In this document: positions 47,421-56,495 of the stretch, one piece after another | Layout: every line of letters begins with the position of its first letter | Position numbering within the stretch: position 1 is the stretch's first letter | Virus record (IMG/VR): IMGVR_UViG_2531839647_000001 | Coordinates: 3,759 to 67,758 of that record | Reading direction: 5' to 3' (one strand) | DNA length: 64,000 nucleotides | Source of the DNA: a virus | Taxonomy: Duplodnaviria; Caudoviricetes | Made by a program: the position numbers and the translations under genes | The notes under the pieces: model-generated | What the model was told of the DNA's origin: nothing | The model's database searches: none | Seen by the model: only the letters and a program-made list of their open reading frames with translations

Positions 47421-47461
47421 ATTATTTATTAATTGTTATTACGTCGTTCGGTACAGTTCCA
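47421..47461 (-). promoter_or_regulatory. Putative late promoter (TGGAAC-N30-ATAAT) for the rusA-HTH-terS operon
   Basis: gttcca at 47456-47461 and attat at 47421-47425. Confidence 0.75.
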
Positions 47462-47572
47462 ATTATAAAAATGAATTTTAGATTTAGTTCTTATATATAA
47501 ATTGATTAAATTTTATTTTATAGTGAATTATTCACATTTAATCTCAACTTTTAATTTTCAAGATAACTTAAA

Positions 47573-49063
47573 ATGACTGAAATACATGATCAAAAACCAA
47601 AAGTATTTATTTCATATAGCTGGACAACACCAGAGCATGAAAAATGGGTAGATGAATTAGCTCATTCTCTTCACGATGCTGATATACATGTAATTTTTGA
47701 TAAATGGGATTTAAGACCTGGACAAGATTCAATAGCTTTCATGGAGGGCATGGTTTTAGATCCTAGTATTACTAAAATTATTATGGTTATTGACCAAAAG
47801 TATACCGAAAGAGCAAATAATCGATCAGGGGGTGTTGGAACAGAATCGACCATTCTCTCCCAAGAACTTTATTCTAGAAAAGAAACCAAAGATATTGTTG
47901 CAGTTATCGCTGAACCTGGGGCAAAACCACCAGTATTTTACTCAAGTAGAATATATATAGACTTATCAGACTCAGATAACTTTCCAAATCAATTTGAACA
48001 ACTTGTCCGTTGGATATATGGAAGATTTGAATATGAGCGTCCAAAGAGATCAGGTCAAAGACCTAGTTACATAACAGAAGATGCCAATGATACTTCCTTA
48101 AGAACTAATACGGAATACCGTTTTGCTCTAGATGCAATCGAAAAAGGCAAGTCGAATATTAGCGGTTTAATTAATACTTATCTTTATAAATTTTTAAGTG
48201 AGTTAGATAAATTAATTATCAATGAAAATGATGAAGCACTAGCTTTGAAAGCAGTTCTAAAAAACTTTAATTTAGTTCAACCCCATATAAGAGAATATAA
48301 AAACCTGTTAAATTCTTTATGTATCCACGCACCTGATCAAAAACATTTTAAACATTTTAAAAAATTCCTAGAATTAACATTAAAATTTTTAGAAGTTGAA
48401 CCTAATCAACCATACTCCAGAGCAAATATTTCACTCTTTGAATCAATTATTTATCAAATATTTACTTCTACATTAGCAATCTTTCTAAAAAATGATGAAC
48501 TTTCAGCAATAGAAGATTTACTTGAAGAAATTTATATCTACTCTCCAAAACATTTAAAAGTTCACTCTAGGGAACGTTCTACTAGTTTTGAGATTTTTGC
48601 ACCTTATGAATGTATTAATTATCTAAAAAGTATTTACCCAGATAAAATTGAACCTATTAGTGAATTTCTAAAATTAAATATTGATAATGAAATTGTGAAT
48701 TTTGATGACTTAGTTGATATAGATATAATTCTTTATCTTAAATCAGCTGCAATAACAATTCTAGAAAGCAAAACACATATAATGTGGTGGCCGCATTTAG
48801 CACTTAATAAAGGATGGAGACCCCGCCCATTAACAATTTTTTCTAAGGCTGAAAAAAAATCTAAATATGATGAGCTTGTAAAACTATTTAAATTTGAAGA
48901 TTTAAGCTTTATTGAAACTATTTATGAAAGAAGAGATTCTGGTGTGTGGGGAGATGTTTATCTTCCTCAATGGAGAAATGGTTGTGGATTCCTGCAATTA
49001 AAAGAATTGACTAACTATGAGGTATTAAAAAAATATAATTTAGCTAGTTTAACGATAATTTAA
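47573..49063 (+). CDS. SEFIR/TIR-domain putative anti-phage protein, moron
   Basis: PKVFISYSW...WV..LA..L...IFDKWDL.PGQD...FME...GGVGTE; AT-rich, opposite strand. Confidence 0.85.
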   Translation: MTEIHDQKPKVFISYSWTTPEHEKWVDELAHSLHDADIHVIFDKWDLRPGQDSIAFMEGMVLDPSITKIIMVIDQKYTERANNRSGGVGTESTILSQELYSRKETKDIVAVIAEPGAKPPVFYSSRIYIDLSDSDNFPNQFEQLVRWIYGRFEYERPKRSGQRPSYITEDANDTSLRTNTEYRFALDAIEKGKSNISGLINTYLYKFLSELDKLIINENDEALALKAVLKNFNLVQPHIREYKNLLNSLCIHAPDQKHFKHFKKFLELTLKFLEVEPNQPYSRANISLFESIIYQIFTSTLAIFLKNDELSAIEDLLEEIYIYSPKHLKVHSRERSTSFEIFAPYECINYLKSIYPDKIEPISEFLKLNIDNEIVNFDDLVDIDIILYLKSAAITILESKTHIMWWPHLALNKGWRPRPLTIFSKAEKKSKYDELVKLFKFEDLSFIETIYERRDSGVWGDVYLPQWRNGCGFLQLKELTNYEVLKKYNLASLTII

Positions 49064-49067
49064 ATGT

Positions 49068-49101
49068 AAAAAAAGTCCGCACCTTGGGGAAGTTGCGGAC
49101 T
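49068..49101 (-). terminator. Terminator-like hairpin
   Basis: aaaaaaagtccgca...tgcggact. Confidence 0.55.
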
Positions 49102-49179
49102 ATAAACTACAAAAACTAAAGCGTTAACTAGTTCTCATAATATAATGTAGAAATTGATAATTTTCAACATATAAACTCT

Positions 49180-49395
49180 TTAATATTTTTTCCTAATCAT
49201 CTTTTCAACAATTTTGCAAGCTTCATGAAAATTAATGTCATAGCAAAACCAAAATTTATATGTTTTATCATCGAGAATATGGCTCTGGATAAAATATTCT
49301 GACTTTTTCTCTGGATCAATCTCGGTTGCTTTAAATGAATAAACATCCTTCTCAACTACTTGTCCATCGAGATCACCACCTATACAAATTTTCAT
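49180..49395 (-). CDS. Small hypothetical protein
   Basis: MKICIGGDLDGQ motif seen in small phage proteins. Confidence 0.55.
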   Translation of the reverse strand: MKICIGGDLDGQVVEKDVYSFKATEIDPEKKSEYFIQSHILDDKTYKFWFCYDINFHEACKIVEKMIRKKY

Positions 49396-49451
49396 AAATT
49401 AGCCAACAAGAGTTAAGAATTTGATTGTACTCTTATTAAAGAAGGTTTCAA

Positions 49452-50204
49452 TTACTGAGATTCCAAGTTTTTTGCTCCAGCAAAAAGTGTTTCACTTATA
49501 TCCTTATGAGAGAAAATTTCAATATAAGGTACATAAGCCTCATTATTATTAACTAAAAAGCCCAATTTATTTCCAAATTGAAAATTTAGTGTGGTGAAAT
49601 ATATTTCAAATAAATAACCTTCAAACACTAATGTATACATAAAACCTTTAGATAAATCTTTTCTAAATGGGGAAATAATAATTTGCTTTATAAGAATTTC
49701 ATCAAAAAAATTAGAGCTGTCTTTAAGTAACCGCATTCTCACTTTCAACAATTTTGGATCTATTTTAATTTTCTTCTTGAGGATTCCTATTAAAACTTTA
49801 TCTAATTCTGGAAAAGTTATACATTCTGTAAAGGCTTCATGATCGGAATGTGAAGCTCGCCAATAGATAGAAAAAATGAATAAAACAATTTTTTCAACAT
49901 CTACATTTTTAAATGTAACACCATCGGGTTCTTCATTTATTTCAATTTCTTTTCTTTTTCTTCTTAAAGCAGCAATTGAATAATTTTCATATTCCTCATT
50001 AAAAAATCTCTCGCAATTACTACATAACAATCGTGTATACCATGTATCATTAGTTTGTATCACAGTGTTATTTCTAAACTCAAATTGTGTAGCGACATTT
50101 TTATAAGAGTCACGCAATATGCTGCTGAAAAAAGTTTTACCAATTACATGAGAACGTTGTAATTCTTTTTCTTCGCCGCAAAGTTTACAAATACCTATTG
50201 TCAT
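49452..50204 (-). CDS. HNH-like zinc-binding nuclease candidate, moron
   Basis: CKLC....SHVI...LLCSNCE..F; very AT-rich; preceded by a terminator. Confidence 0.6.
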   Translation of the reverse strand: MTIGICKLCGEEKELQRSHVIGKTFFSSILRDSYKNVATQFEFRNNTVIQTNDTWYTRLLCSNCERFFNEEYENYSIAALRRKRKEIEINEEPDGVTFKNVDVEKIVLFIFSIYWRASHSDHEAFTECITFPELDKVLIGILKKKIKIDPKLLKVRMRLLKDSSNFFDEILIKQIIISPFRKDLSKGFMYTLVFEGYLFEIYFTTLNFQFGNKLGFLVNNNEAYVPYIEIFSHKDISETLFAGAKNLESQ

Positions 50205-50220
50205 ACAATTTCACTAATAT

Positions 50221-50246
50221 AAAAAAGCTCACCAATAGGCGAGCTT
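50221..50246 (-). terminator. Terminator ending the replication/nin-like operon
   Basis: aaaaaagctcacc-aata-ggcgagctt. Confidence 0.65.
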
Positions 50247-50281
50247 AATCGATTTTTTATTTAAAAACCATACTTTACATA

Positions 50282-50872
50282 CTATCGTTGGGTATGCCAG
50301 ATCCTTTCACCTGTAGTTTCCGATTGTCCAAAACCACATAATAAACATGCGACATCGTACCCATGTACACATGGTTCTGGAATCAGCTTTACATCTGTTG
50401 ATGGGCATCCAAAAAAACCACCTTTATCAAGCCTACCAATTAGAAAATCGTTATCTTCATCTACCCTATCAATCATGCCAATACCGAAAATATGAGTTCC
50501 ATCAGTTTCCATACTGTTAGATGATTTGAAATCAACATAAACTCTATCACCACGCTTGAATTTTGGATTTGAGATTAATTTGTCGTTCTTACTATGATCG
50601 GAATGCTCTACAAAATTCTTTACTTTACTATCTTCCAATTTTTTTATTTTTATTTGATACCGGCGCTCAGGTAATAATTCTTCTGCTTTATAAATACGAT
50701 GCCCAACCGCTAATTCTTTAGGGGTGGCATGACGCTCCACAAGACTATAAGCCACTGCTTTTCCACACTTCATAATGAATCCATTGCCAATATGCGAATA
50801 GTGATTAATTTGATAAATAACTGAATCTGAATTATCTAATACTACAAAATCACCGGAGTTAAAGTTATTCAT
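50282..50872 (-). CDS. Hypothetical mosaic protein (nin-like region)
   Basis: Coupled ORF; RHATPKEL..GHR module. Confidence 0.55.
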   Translation of the reverse strand: MNNFNSGDFVVLDNSDSVIYQINHYSHIGNGFIMKCGKAVAYSLVERHATPKELAVGHRIYKAEELLPERRYQIKIKKLEDSKVKNFVEHSDHSKNDKLISNPKFKRGDRVYVDFKSSNSMETDGTHIFGIGMIDRVDEDNDFLIGRLDKGGFFGCPSTDVKLIPEPCVHGYDVACLLCGFGQSETTGERIWHTQR

Positions 50873-51276
50873 TGGCCCAACTCCACTTTCATACCGTCAA
50901 ACTCTTTTTCGATTACAGACATCCCACGTGTAACAGCTGCTTGAGAAGGCAATTTTTTGAAGTCAATTTCATTAACTTCATGGCAGCGCTTACACATGAA
51001 CTTGTTTTTCTTTTCAAGCTTCGCCTGAATTACTCTTACCTCAGCTAACATTCGGTTATTACGATCTGTCACTTGGTTAAGTTGTCTTAAGTATTTACCT
51101 ATCCAATCAACAGGGTTTAATTTTGTCTTGCAATCAATGCAAAGTATTTCGCTCTCTTCTTCCGAAATTTGAATATGTTTATGATCACATTTCCTTAATT
51201 CCCGTTTTGGAGTGAACTTAATAATTTGTTGCACTTCATCAATTTGAATTAGCTGCTTATCTTGAAAACGGTTCAT
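50869..51276 (-). CDS. Zinc-binding hypothetical protein
   Basis: CDH...CIDC...CKRC. Confidence 0.6.
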   Translation of the reverse strand: MNRFQDKQLIQIDEVQQIIKFTPKRELRKCDHKHIQISEEESEILCIDCKTKLNPVDWIGKYLRQLNQVTDRNNRMLAEVRVIQAKLEKKNKFMCKRCHEVNEIDFKKLPSQAAVTRGMSVIEKEFDGMKVELGQ

Positions 51277-51644
51277 GCTGCAGCTCCCTTTTCATGACTT
51301 GATCGTTTTTGATATTTACCCTTAGATAAATTCGGTCGATAGGCATTGTCATAACATCCTTTACAAGCTGAATCTGGTCGATGTACAACTGATCCATCTT
51401 TAAGTTTTGCTTTAACCATGAACCAAAATTCAGAATCAACGGGCCAATATTCTTGACAATGTTTGCAAAGCTTCTCTTTCCCTAGATCTGTGAAGATATA
51501 TCTAGGTTTTGCAGATTGTGTTTGTATTTCTTTAGGAGCAACAACCTCAGAACTTTTAAAAGTACTTGTCTCCATAGAGTTGCTTTGCAACATCGCAAAA
51601 ATACTTCGTTGCTGGCGCTGGCGTTGTCTTAGTCTCTTCATCAT
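51273..51644 (-). CDS. Zinc-finger hypothetical protein
   Basis: KLCKHC...P.DSEFW...CKGC. Confidence 0.6.
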   Translation of the reverse strand: MMKRLRQRQRQQRSIFAMLQSNSMETSTFKSSEVVAPKEIQTQSAKPRYIFTDLGKEKLCKHCQEYWPVDSEFWFMVKAKLKDGSVVHRPDSACKGCYDNAYRPNLSKGKYQKRSSHEKGAAA

Positions 51645-52378
51645 GCTGCGTCCCCAAAAGCAAGAGATTTACCGTTCCCTATAATTTGATCAGCAATCCA
51701 AAGCTGGCGTAATTTTTCCTCAGCTACCCCACTGTTTACCCACTCAGCAACACTCAAGAATTCTTTATATGCAGACACACTTTTAAATTTTGAGGAAGTG
51801 CTTATATTTACTTCTATCAAATCGATCCCAAAACCATCAGGGATATTTTTGTTTTGCTCTAATGCCATTAATATCTCAGTATTTAATCCTTTCCAGCCTT
51901 TTCTACGTAACCCACCACCCACATCAACATAACAGTCTGCTTTTCCTTCTGAAAACTCAAAATAATTCATTTTCGGTGCGGTAAATGGCTGGTTTATTAT
52001 AAGCTGCCCTTCATATTCATCAGTTCTATCTGACATAGTGATAGTGAGCTCAACATTCCATTGCTCACACTCTTCAACATGTTCAAGGACTTGAACAATT
52101 GCTAAATCTTGATAACCATAAGCCGCAATACTGAAGTGATAAGGTATTGTTAAGCGATTAGGGAAACGCTCAAGTAACTCTGCCTCTTCAACTTTCTTTG
52201 CTTCGATATAATCCCGTACGTCTTTTGAAACGAATCGCATGCTGAACTCATATTCTTGAGCAGCTTCTCTACCCAATTCAGCCTTTCTCTGATTTGCTTG
52301 AACTTGCGCAGGTGTAAGCTTATTTGGATTGTATTTTTTTGAGCGTTTTTTGCTATTTGAGTTAGATTTCATTTTCAC
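51641..52378 (-). CDS. Hypothetical protein
   Basis: Coupled ORF; basic N-terminus KKRSKKYNPNK. Confidence 0.6.
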   Translation of the reverse strand: MKMKSNSNSKKRSKKYNPNKLTPAQVQANQRKAELGREAAQEYEFSMRFVSKDVRDYIEAKKVEEAELLERFPNRLTIPYHFSIAAYGYQDLAIVQVLEHVEECEQWNVELTITMSDRTDEYEGQLIINQPFTAPKMNYFEFSEGKADCYVDVGGGLRRKGWKGLNTEILMALEQNKNIPDGFGIDLIEVNISTSSKFKSVSAYKEFLSVAEWVNSGVAEEKLRQLWIADQIIGNGKSLAFGDAA

Positions 52379-52899
52379 ATTCCCCCTTTAGCATTTAGCT
52401 TTTCTGCAACTAACTGATCCGCAATTTTCTTCACATATTTCCATGTGAAATATTGATCAATTTCTGACTTACCTTGATAAACCCGTTTAAGTTGAAAAGC
52501 TGTAACTGCATAACCGATCTCAAAAGCTAATAATTGCCAATCTTCTTCAAATACCTTAGCAAACCTACTTAAACCTTCTTTTTGTGCCTGTATACGCATT
52601 TGACGCTCATCTGGTCCACGTTTTGTCTCTGACTTAGGCTTAGTTTTTACAAAACCTGAGGATATGGCCCAAGTAACACAAATTTCACAGCGGCAACCCA
52701 TTCGTTTATAAGCGCGCGGATTTCCATGAACCATAGATTCAAACTGCTTTGGTTGAACTGGTTGAATTTTATTACCAGGGTGTTTCAACCATTTTTTAAC
52801 TTCTTTTTCGAGCGCTTTACGCTCTTTTGATTTGGCTGCTACGTTTGAGTAAGCAACTAATGCGTATTCAGATTTTTTCATATCAACAAATGCGTTCAC
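52375..52899 (-). CDS. Hypothetical protein with an HG..AY...GCRC..C zinc motif
   Basis: HGNPRAYKRMGCRCEIC. Confidence 0.6.
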   Translation of the reverse strand: MNAFVDMKKSEYALVAYSNVAAKSKERKALEKEVKKWLKHPGNKIQPVQPKQFESMVHGNPRAYKRMGCRCEICVTWAISSGFVKTKPKSETKRGPDERQMRIQAQKEGLSRFAKVFEEDWQLLAFEIGYAVTAFQLKRVYQGKSEIDQYFTWKYVKKIADQLVAEKLNAKGGM

Positions 52900-53660
52900 T
52901 GTGCTTTACCTCCCCCTATACGAGCATCATCCCAATCACATTCAACAATATCTAAGCCATCATGTTGGAATCTTGACCAAAGCCGGTCCCCAAGATCTTC
53001 GCGGACCTCAGAAAGACTTAGGTTTGAAATCACTACTGTTGGCTTCAACTCGTCATAACGAGTGAGTAGAACCTTATGAACACTCTCAAGAAGTTGAGGA
53101 CGTTTTTCAGCACGGTCATGTAAACCGTATTCATCAATAATTAATAAATCTTTTTTCACATAGCGTTTTAGCGCTTCATCTTCACTATCACCACTACGGC
53201 GATAGGCACCCGCGATATCTTCAGCTAAGTCTGCAGATGTTATGTAGATAGCCTCCGAATTTTTGATGATGATATTTTTCAGAATAGATGAACCTAGATG
53301 GGTTTTGCCTGTACCAGTGCGACCAACGAGGAGTAAATTTCTAAAAACACCTGCATTAAAATCCATTGTGAATTTTTCACAAGTTTTACGTGCTGTGTCT
53401 TGCCCTTTGTGAGTTACAGCATAGTTACTAAAGCCGCTTTTTACATGTCTTTTAGGAATACCAGCTCGAGCCATTTTCAAATTTAAAATGCGATTGTTCT
53501 TATCGCTTTCATATTTTTCATTTGACTGCTTCATGATTTTTTCAACACAAGACTGACAAACGATTCGACCATGTACATTGATCATGTGTTCTTTGTGGAT
53601 ATTACAGATCTGGTTTGTATGGGAAATTTTATATTCCAATTTTTGAGGCATTGCGTTCAT
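52896..53660 (-). CDS. dnaC: DnaC/IstB-like AAA+ helicase loader
   Basis: GRTGTGKT, LLIIDE, PTVVISN, GDRLWSR. Confidence 0.9.
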   Translation of the reverse strand: MNAMPQKLEYKISHTNQICNIHKEHMINVHGRIVCQSCVEKIMKQSNEKYESDKNNRILNLKMARAGIPKRHVKSGFSNYAVTHKGQDTARKTCEKFTMDFNAGVFRNLLLVGRTGTGKTHLGSSILKNIIIKNSEAIYITSADLAEDIAGAYRRSGDSEDEALKRYVKKDLLIIDEYGLHDRAEKRPQLLESVHKVLLTRYDELKPTVVISNLSLSEVREDLGDRLWSRFQHDGLDIVECDWDDARIGGGKAQ

Positions 53661-54700
53661 ATCAATTCACCCTCCACAGCTGTGTGAGCAACCGGTTCAT
53701 ATTTTTTTGGTGCTCCCCATTGATCATTTACGTTGCGGGGTAACGATTGATGGCTTGACTGTTGACCAGTAGTCACTTCGGGATTTTCGTTTAGGTACCA
53801 AGATGCTTTGAATGCACCCCAAGGATTTTGTCTTTTTAAACAATATTCGACCGCTTGCTGAAGTGTGATTCCTGCTTTTTGAGCTTCATTCAAAAGTGCG
53901 TCAAAAGCGTTTTCGGTGTTTTGAGCTTTCTTCGCTTTACGAACTTGTAAGAACTCAGCAGCGTCTTTCTCAGGTACACCATTTTTTTTCAAAGCACTCT
54001 TGAAACTAAATTTTGCTTGAGTCGATGAATCAACTTCGCCAACGGCGGAGTTGTTATTACCTTCTGGATTCTGATTAAAGGATTCAGGATTCAGTGAATC
54101 AGGATTCAGATTAAAGGATTCAGGATTCAGGGCGTTTTGGTCTGAGATAGAAACAGTTTTAGAACCGTTATCCAACTGTTCTTGTGTGTTTCCACTACTG
54201 TTTGCTTGATTCGATTCGCTATCTTGATAACTGTTTTCCACAGCAGAACCAGTATTTTGAGGGGCAAAAGGACCTGTTTTATCGTAAAAATGCTTTAAAT
54301 CAGCTTTATTTAACTGAATTGCCTTTCCAACAATTGTTTTGTTTTTTGGATTACGTTGATAGACAGTGTAGATGCCATTTCTGTCAGGTAGCTCACTATC
54401 TTTCTCAAGACCATGTGGGTTTTGATGTTTAACAAAGTTAACGATATGGATAACATCAATACCATCAGCGTTATATAACTCGATAAAACCGAACTTAGAA
54501 ATGTTCTCTAACTGTTCTGCAACGTTTATATCGTCTGCAGGAAATAAAGACATTTTGATTTTCTTAGGTCGATTTTCGAGTCTGCCTTCGCGATCTGCTA
54601 AAGTCCAAAGCCCTATAAATAGCAATCGAGCTTCATAAGGTAATTCAATAATGTCTTCATTCATAAAGAATGAGGGCTTAATATTTCTAGATCTTGCCAT
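53657..54700 (-). CDS. Phage replication initiator (O-like)
   Basis: MARSRNIKPSFF...RLLFIGLWTLADREGR; internal iteron repeats; precedes the DnaC-like gene. Confidence 0.85.
   Translation of the reverse strand: MARSRNIKPSFFMNEDIIELPYEARLLFIGLWTLADREGRLENRPKKIKMSLFPADDINVAEQLENISKFGFIELYNADGIDVIHIVNFVKHQNPHGLEKDSELPDRNGIYTVYQRNPKNKTIVGKAIQLNKADLKHFYDKTGPFAPQNTGSAVENSYQDSESNQANSSGNTQEQLDNGSKTVSISDQNALNPESFNLNPDSLNPESFNQNPEGNNNSAVGEVDSSTQAKFSFKSALKKNGVPEKDAAEFLQVRKAKKAQNTENAFDALLNEAQKAGITLQQAVEYCLKRQNPWGAFKASWYLNENPEVTTGQQSSHQSLPRNVNDQWGAPKKYEPVAHTAVEGELI
54062..54130. repeat. Iteron-like repeats, putative replication origin
   Basis: 22-bp gattaaaggattcaggattcag at 54073-54094 and 54109-54130, plus extra ggattc units. 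Confidence 0.75.
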
Positions 54701-54773
54701 TTCTTAAGCTGCCTCATGGTATTTTGTATAATTACGATTAACTGTCGTAAAATTTGATCTAGTTCCCAAATAA

Positions 54774-55850
54774 TTAGACATAGCAAACCCCTTCTAGAGG
54801 TAATTCCATATTTGTTTGGTTTTGAATCTCAGACAGTCTTTCCTTCTGCAAAGACTCGTATGCTGGATTTAACTCACAGCCTAAATACTGTCTATGCAAT
54901 TTCTTTGCTACGGCTGCAGTGGTACCACTGCCCATGAATGGATCAAATACCACATCATTTACTCGAGAACCCGCCAAGATACAGGGCTCAATTAAATCCA
55001 TTGGAAACGTGGCGAAATGCGCACCTTTGTATGGTTTAGTCGAGACTTGCCACACAGAACGCTTATTTCTGGTGAGAAGGTCATAATTACTTTCTTTTCT
55101 GTCTGCACGGTGAGTACCCATATTTTGATTAGGGTGAACAGCAGCTCTCTTACTATTAATTCTTTTAAAACTATCTCTTGAAGATCTCGAGTAAACAGCT
55201 TTCATTGGTCCGTTATGTTTACTAACAACACGTGTACTGCCCTGTTGTTGATCAAGATTTTGAGAAAGTCTTTTAATAGAGCTTTCAGCAACCGGCTCTT
55301 TAATAGCTACATGATCAAAGTAATATCTACGGGATTTACTAAATAGGAAAATATATTCATGTGCTTTAGTACAACGGTCAGTAATACTCTCAGGCATAGG
55401 ATTTGGTTTATGCCAAATAATATCTTGGCGCAAATACCAGCCATCAGCTTGAAGAGCAAAAGCTACTTTCCATGGAATACCTATCAAATCTTTAGGCTTT
55501 AGATTTGATTGAGCTGCATTTTGCTTTGGTAAAAATAACCCTTTTGTTTTTGGGTTTTTACCATCATTTAGCCCAGTGCGAGTCATTCCACGGCCTGAAC
55601 CTGCATAACTATCACCAAGATTCAACCATAGGGTTCCATCATCATGTAGGAGCTCTCTAACCAAGCGAAATACTTCAACCATATTCTGAACGTATTCATC
55701 TACAGTGCTTTCTAAGCCTAATTGACCATCTACCCCGTAATCACGTAATCCAAAATATGGCGGGGAAGTTACACAAGTTTGAGCCTTCACCCCTTCTTGA
55801 ATCATTTGTGATATCAGAGCACGGCAATCACCAAATAAAATTTTATTCAC
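54774..55850 (-). CDS. N4-cytosine/N6-adenine DNA methyltransferase (beta class), orphan
   Basis: TSPPY motif IV before DPFMGSGTT motif I; HFATFP. Confidence 0.9.
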   Translation of the reverse strand: MNKILFGDCRALISQMIQEGVKAQTCVTSPPYFGLRDYGVDGQLGLESTVDEYVQNMVEVFRLVRELLHDDGTLWLNLGDSYAGSGRGMTRTGLNDGKNPKTKGLFLPKQNAAQSNLKPKDLIGIPWKVAFALQADGWYLRQDIIWHKPNPMPESITDRCTKAHEYIFLFSKSRRYYFDHVAIKEPVAESSIKRLSQNLDQQQGSTRVVSKHNGPMKAVYSRSSRDSFKRINSKRAAVHPNQNMGTHRADRKESNYDLLTRNKRSVWQVSTKPYKGAHFATFPMDLIEPCILAGSRVNDVVFDPFMGSGTTAAVAKKLHRQYLGCELNPAYESLQKERLSEIQNQTNMELPLEGVCYV

Positions 55851-56495
55851 TTAATATTCCCCCACTTGCCCGCAATGATCACAGTGATCAAATTCATAGG
55901 GGTTGTATTGCCAAACGATTTTTCCGCAATTTGGGCAGTTAAATCGTGTTTGAGGGTTTTTGACTTTTCTTTTAGCTCTTTTTAAATGTTCAGGCATTTT
56001 CAAGCCTGCGCCTTGAGTCATGGTTCGTGGGTTATACAGATTAAAATCAAAAGTTCTACGCTTCGCTTTTTCAGCTAAATGAAAAGGTATAGCAATGTAC
56101 TTTTCACCTAATTGACTTACCTCATCTTTGGAAAAATAAGATGCTTTTTCAAAATCAGTAGCTATATCAAAAGAGCTTTTATTTAACCAAAAGACATCAT
56201 TCCCTGAATATTTACCTTGAACGAAAACCGCATAACCGAAAACACCATCAAGAATTTGAGTGTTGTTAGGTATCGTTTGGTGATCGACTTTCCATACTGC
56301 TAACGCATCAACATGATCAGCAGAAATTGGACGTTCAAATTCTCTAGCTTGATTGAATTGACGCTGGGCTTCCTCTAATGTACAAACATATGCTTGATCA
56401 ATATCAGTGTGATAACCTGCAAATTGATGGCGATGAAAACTTACATTAGGTCCTACATTATCTCTGAAGCATGCGATGTAAAAACGATCTCTCAT
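55851..56495 (-). CDS. Hypothetical protein with a C-terminal zinc ribbon
   Basis: GYHTDIDQA; CPNCG...CDHCG. Confidence 0.65.
   Translation of the reverse strand: MRDRFYIACFRDNVGPNVSFHRHQFAGYHTDIDQAYVCTLEEAQRQFNQAREFERPISADHVDALAVWKVDHQTIPNNTQILDGVFGYAVFVQGKYSGNDVFWLNKSSFDIATDFEKASYFSKDEVSQLGEKYIAIPFHLAEKAKRRTFDFNLYNPRTMTQGAGLKMPEHLKRAKRKVKNPQTRFNCPNCGKIVWQYNPYEFDHCDHCGQVGEY

Noticed and set aside
4088-47461. GGAAC as an ECF-sigma (RpoE-type) -35 element
   Set aside because: A 30-bp spacer is far too long for a -35/-10 pair, and I saw no conserved ECF -10 at 16-17 bp
54720-54767. GGGAAC box upstream of the replication initiator
   Set aside because: Spacing to AAAAT is 36 bp, not 30, and the pentamer at 30 (TTATA) does not fit, so it was not counted as a late promoter
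54774-55850. Restriction-modification system
   Set aside because: No adjacent endonuclease; orphan MTases are common in phage early operons
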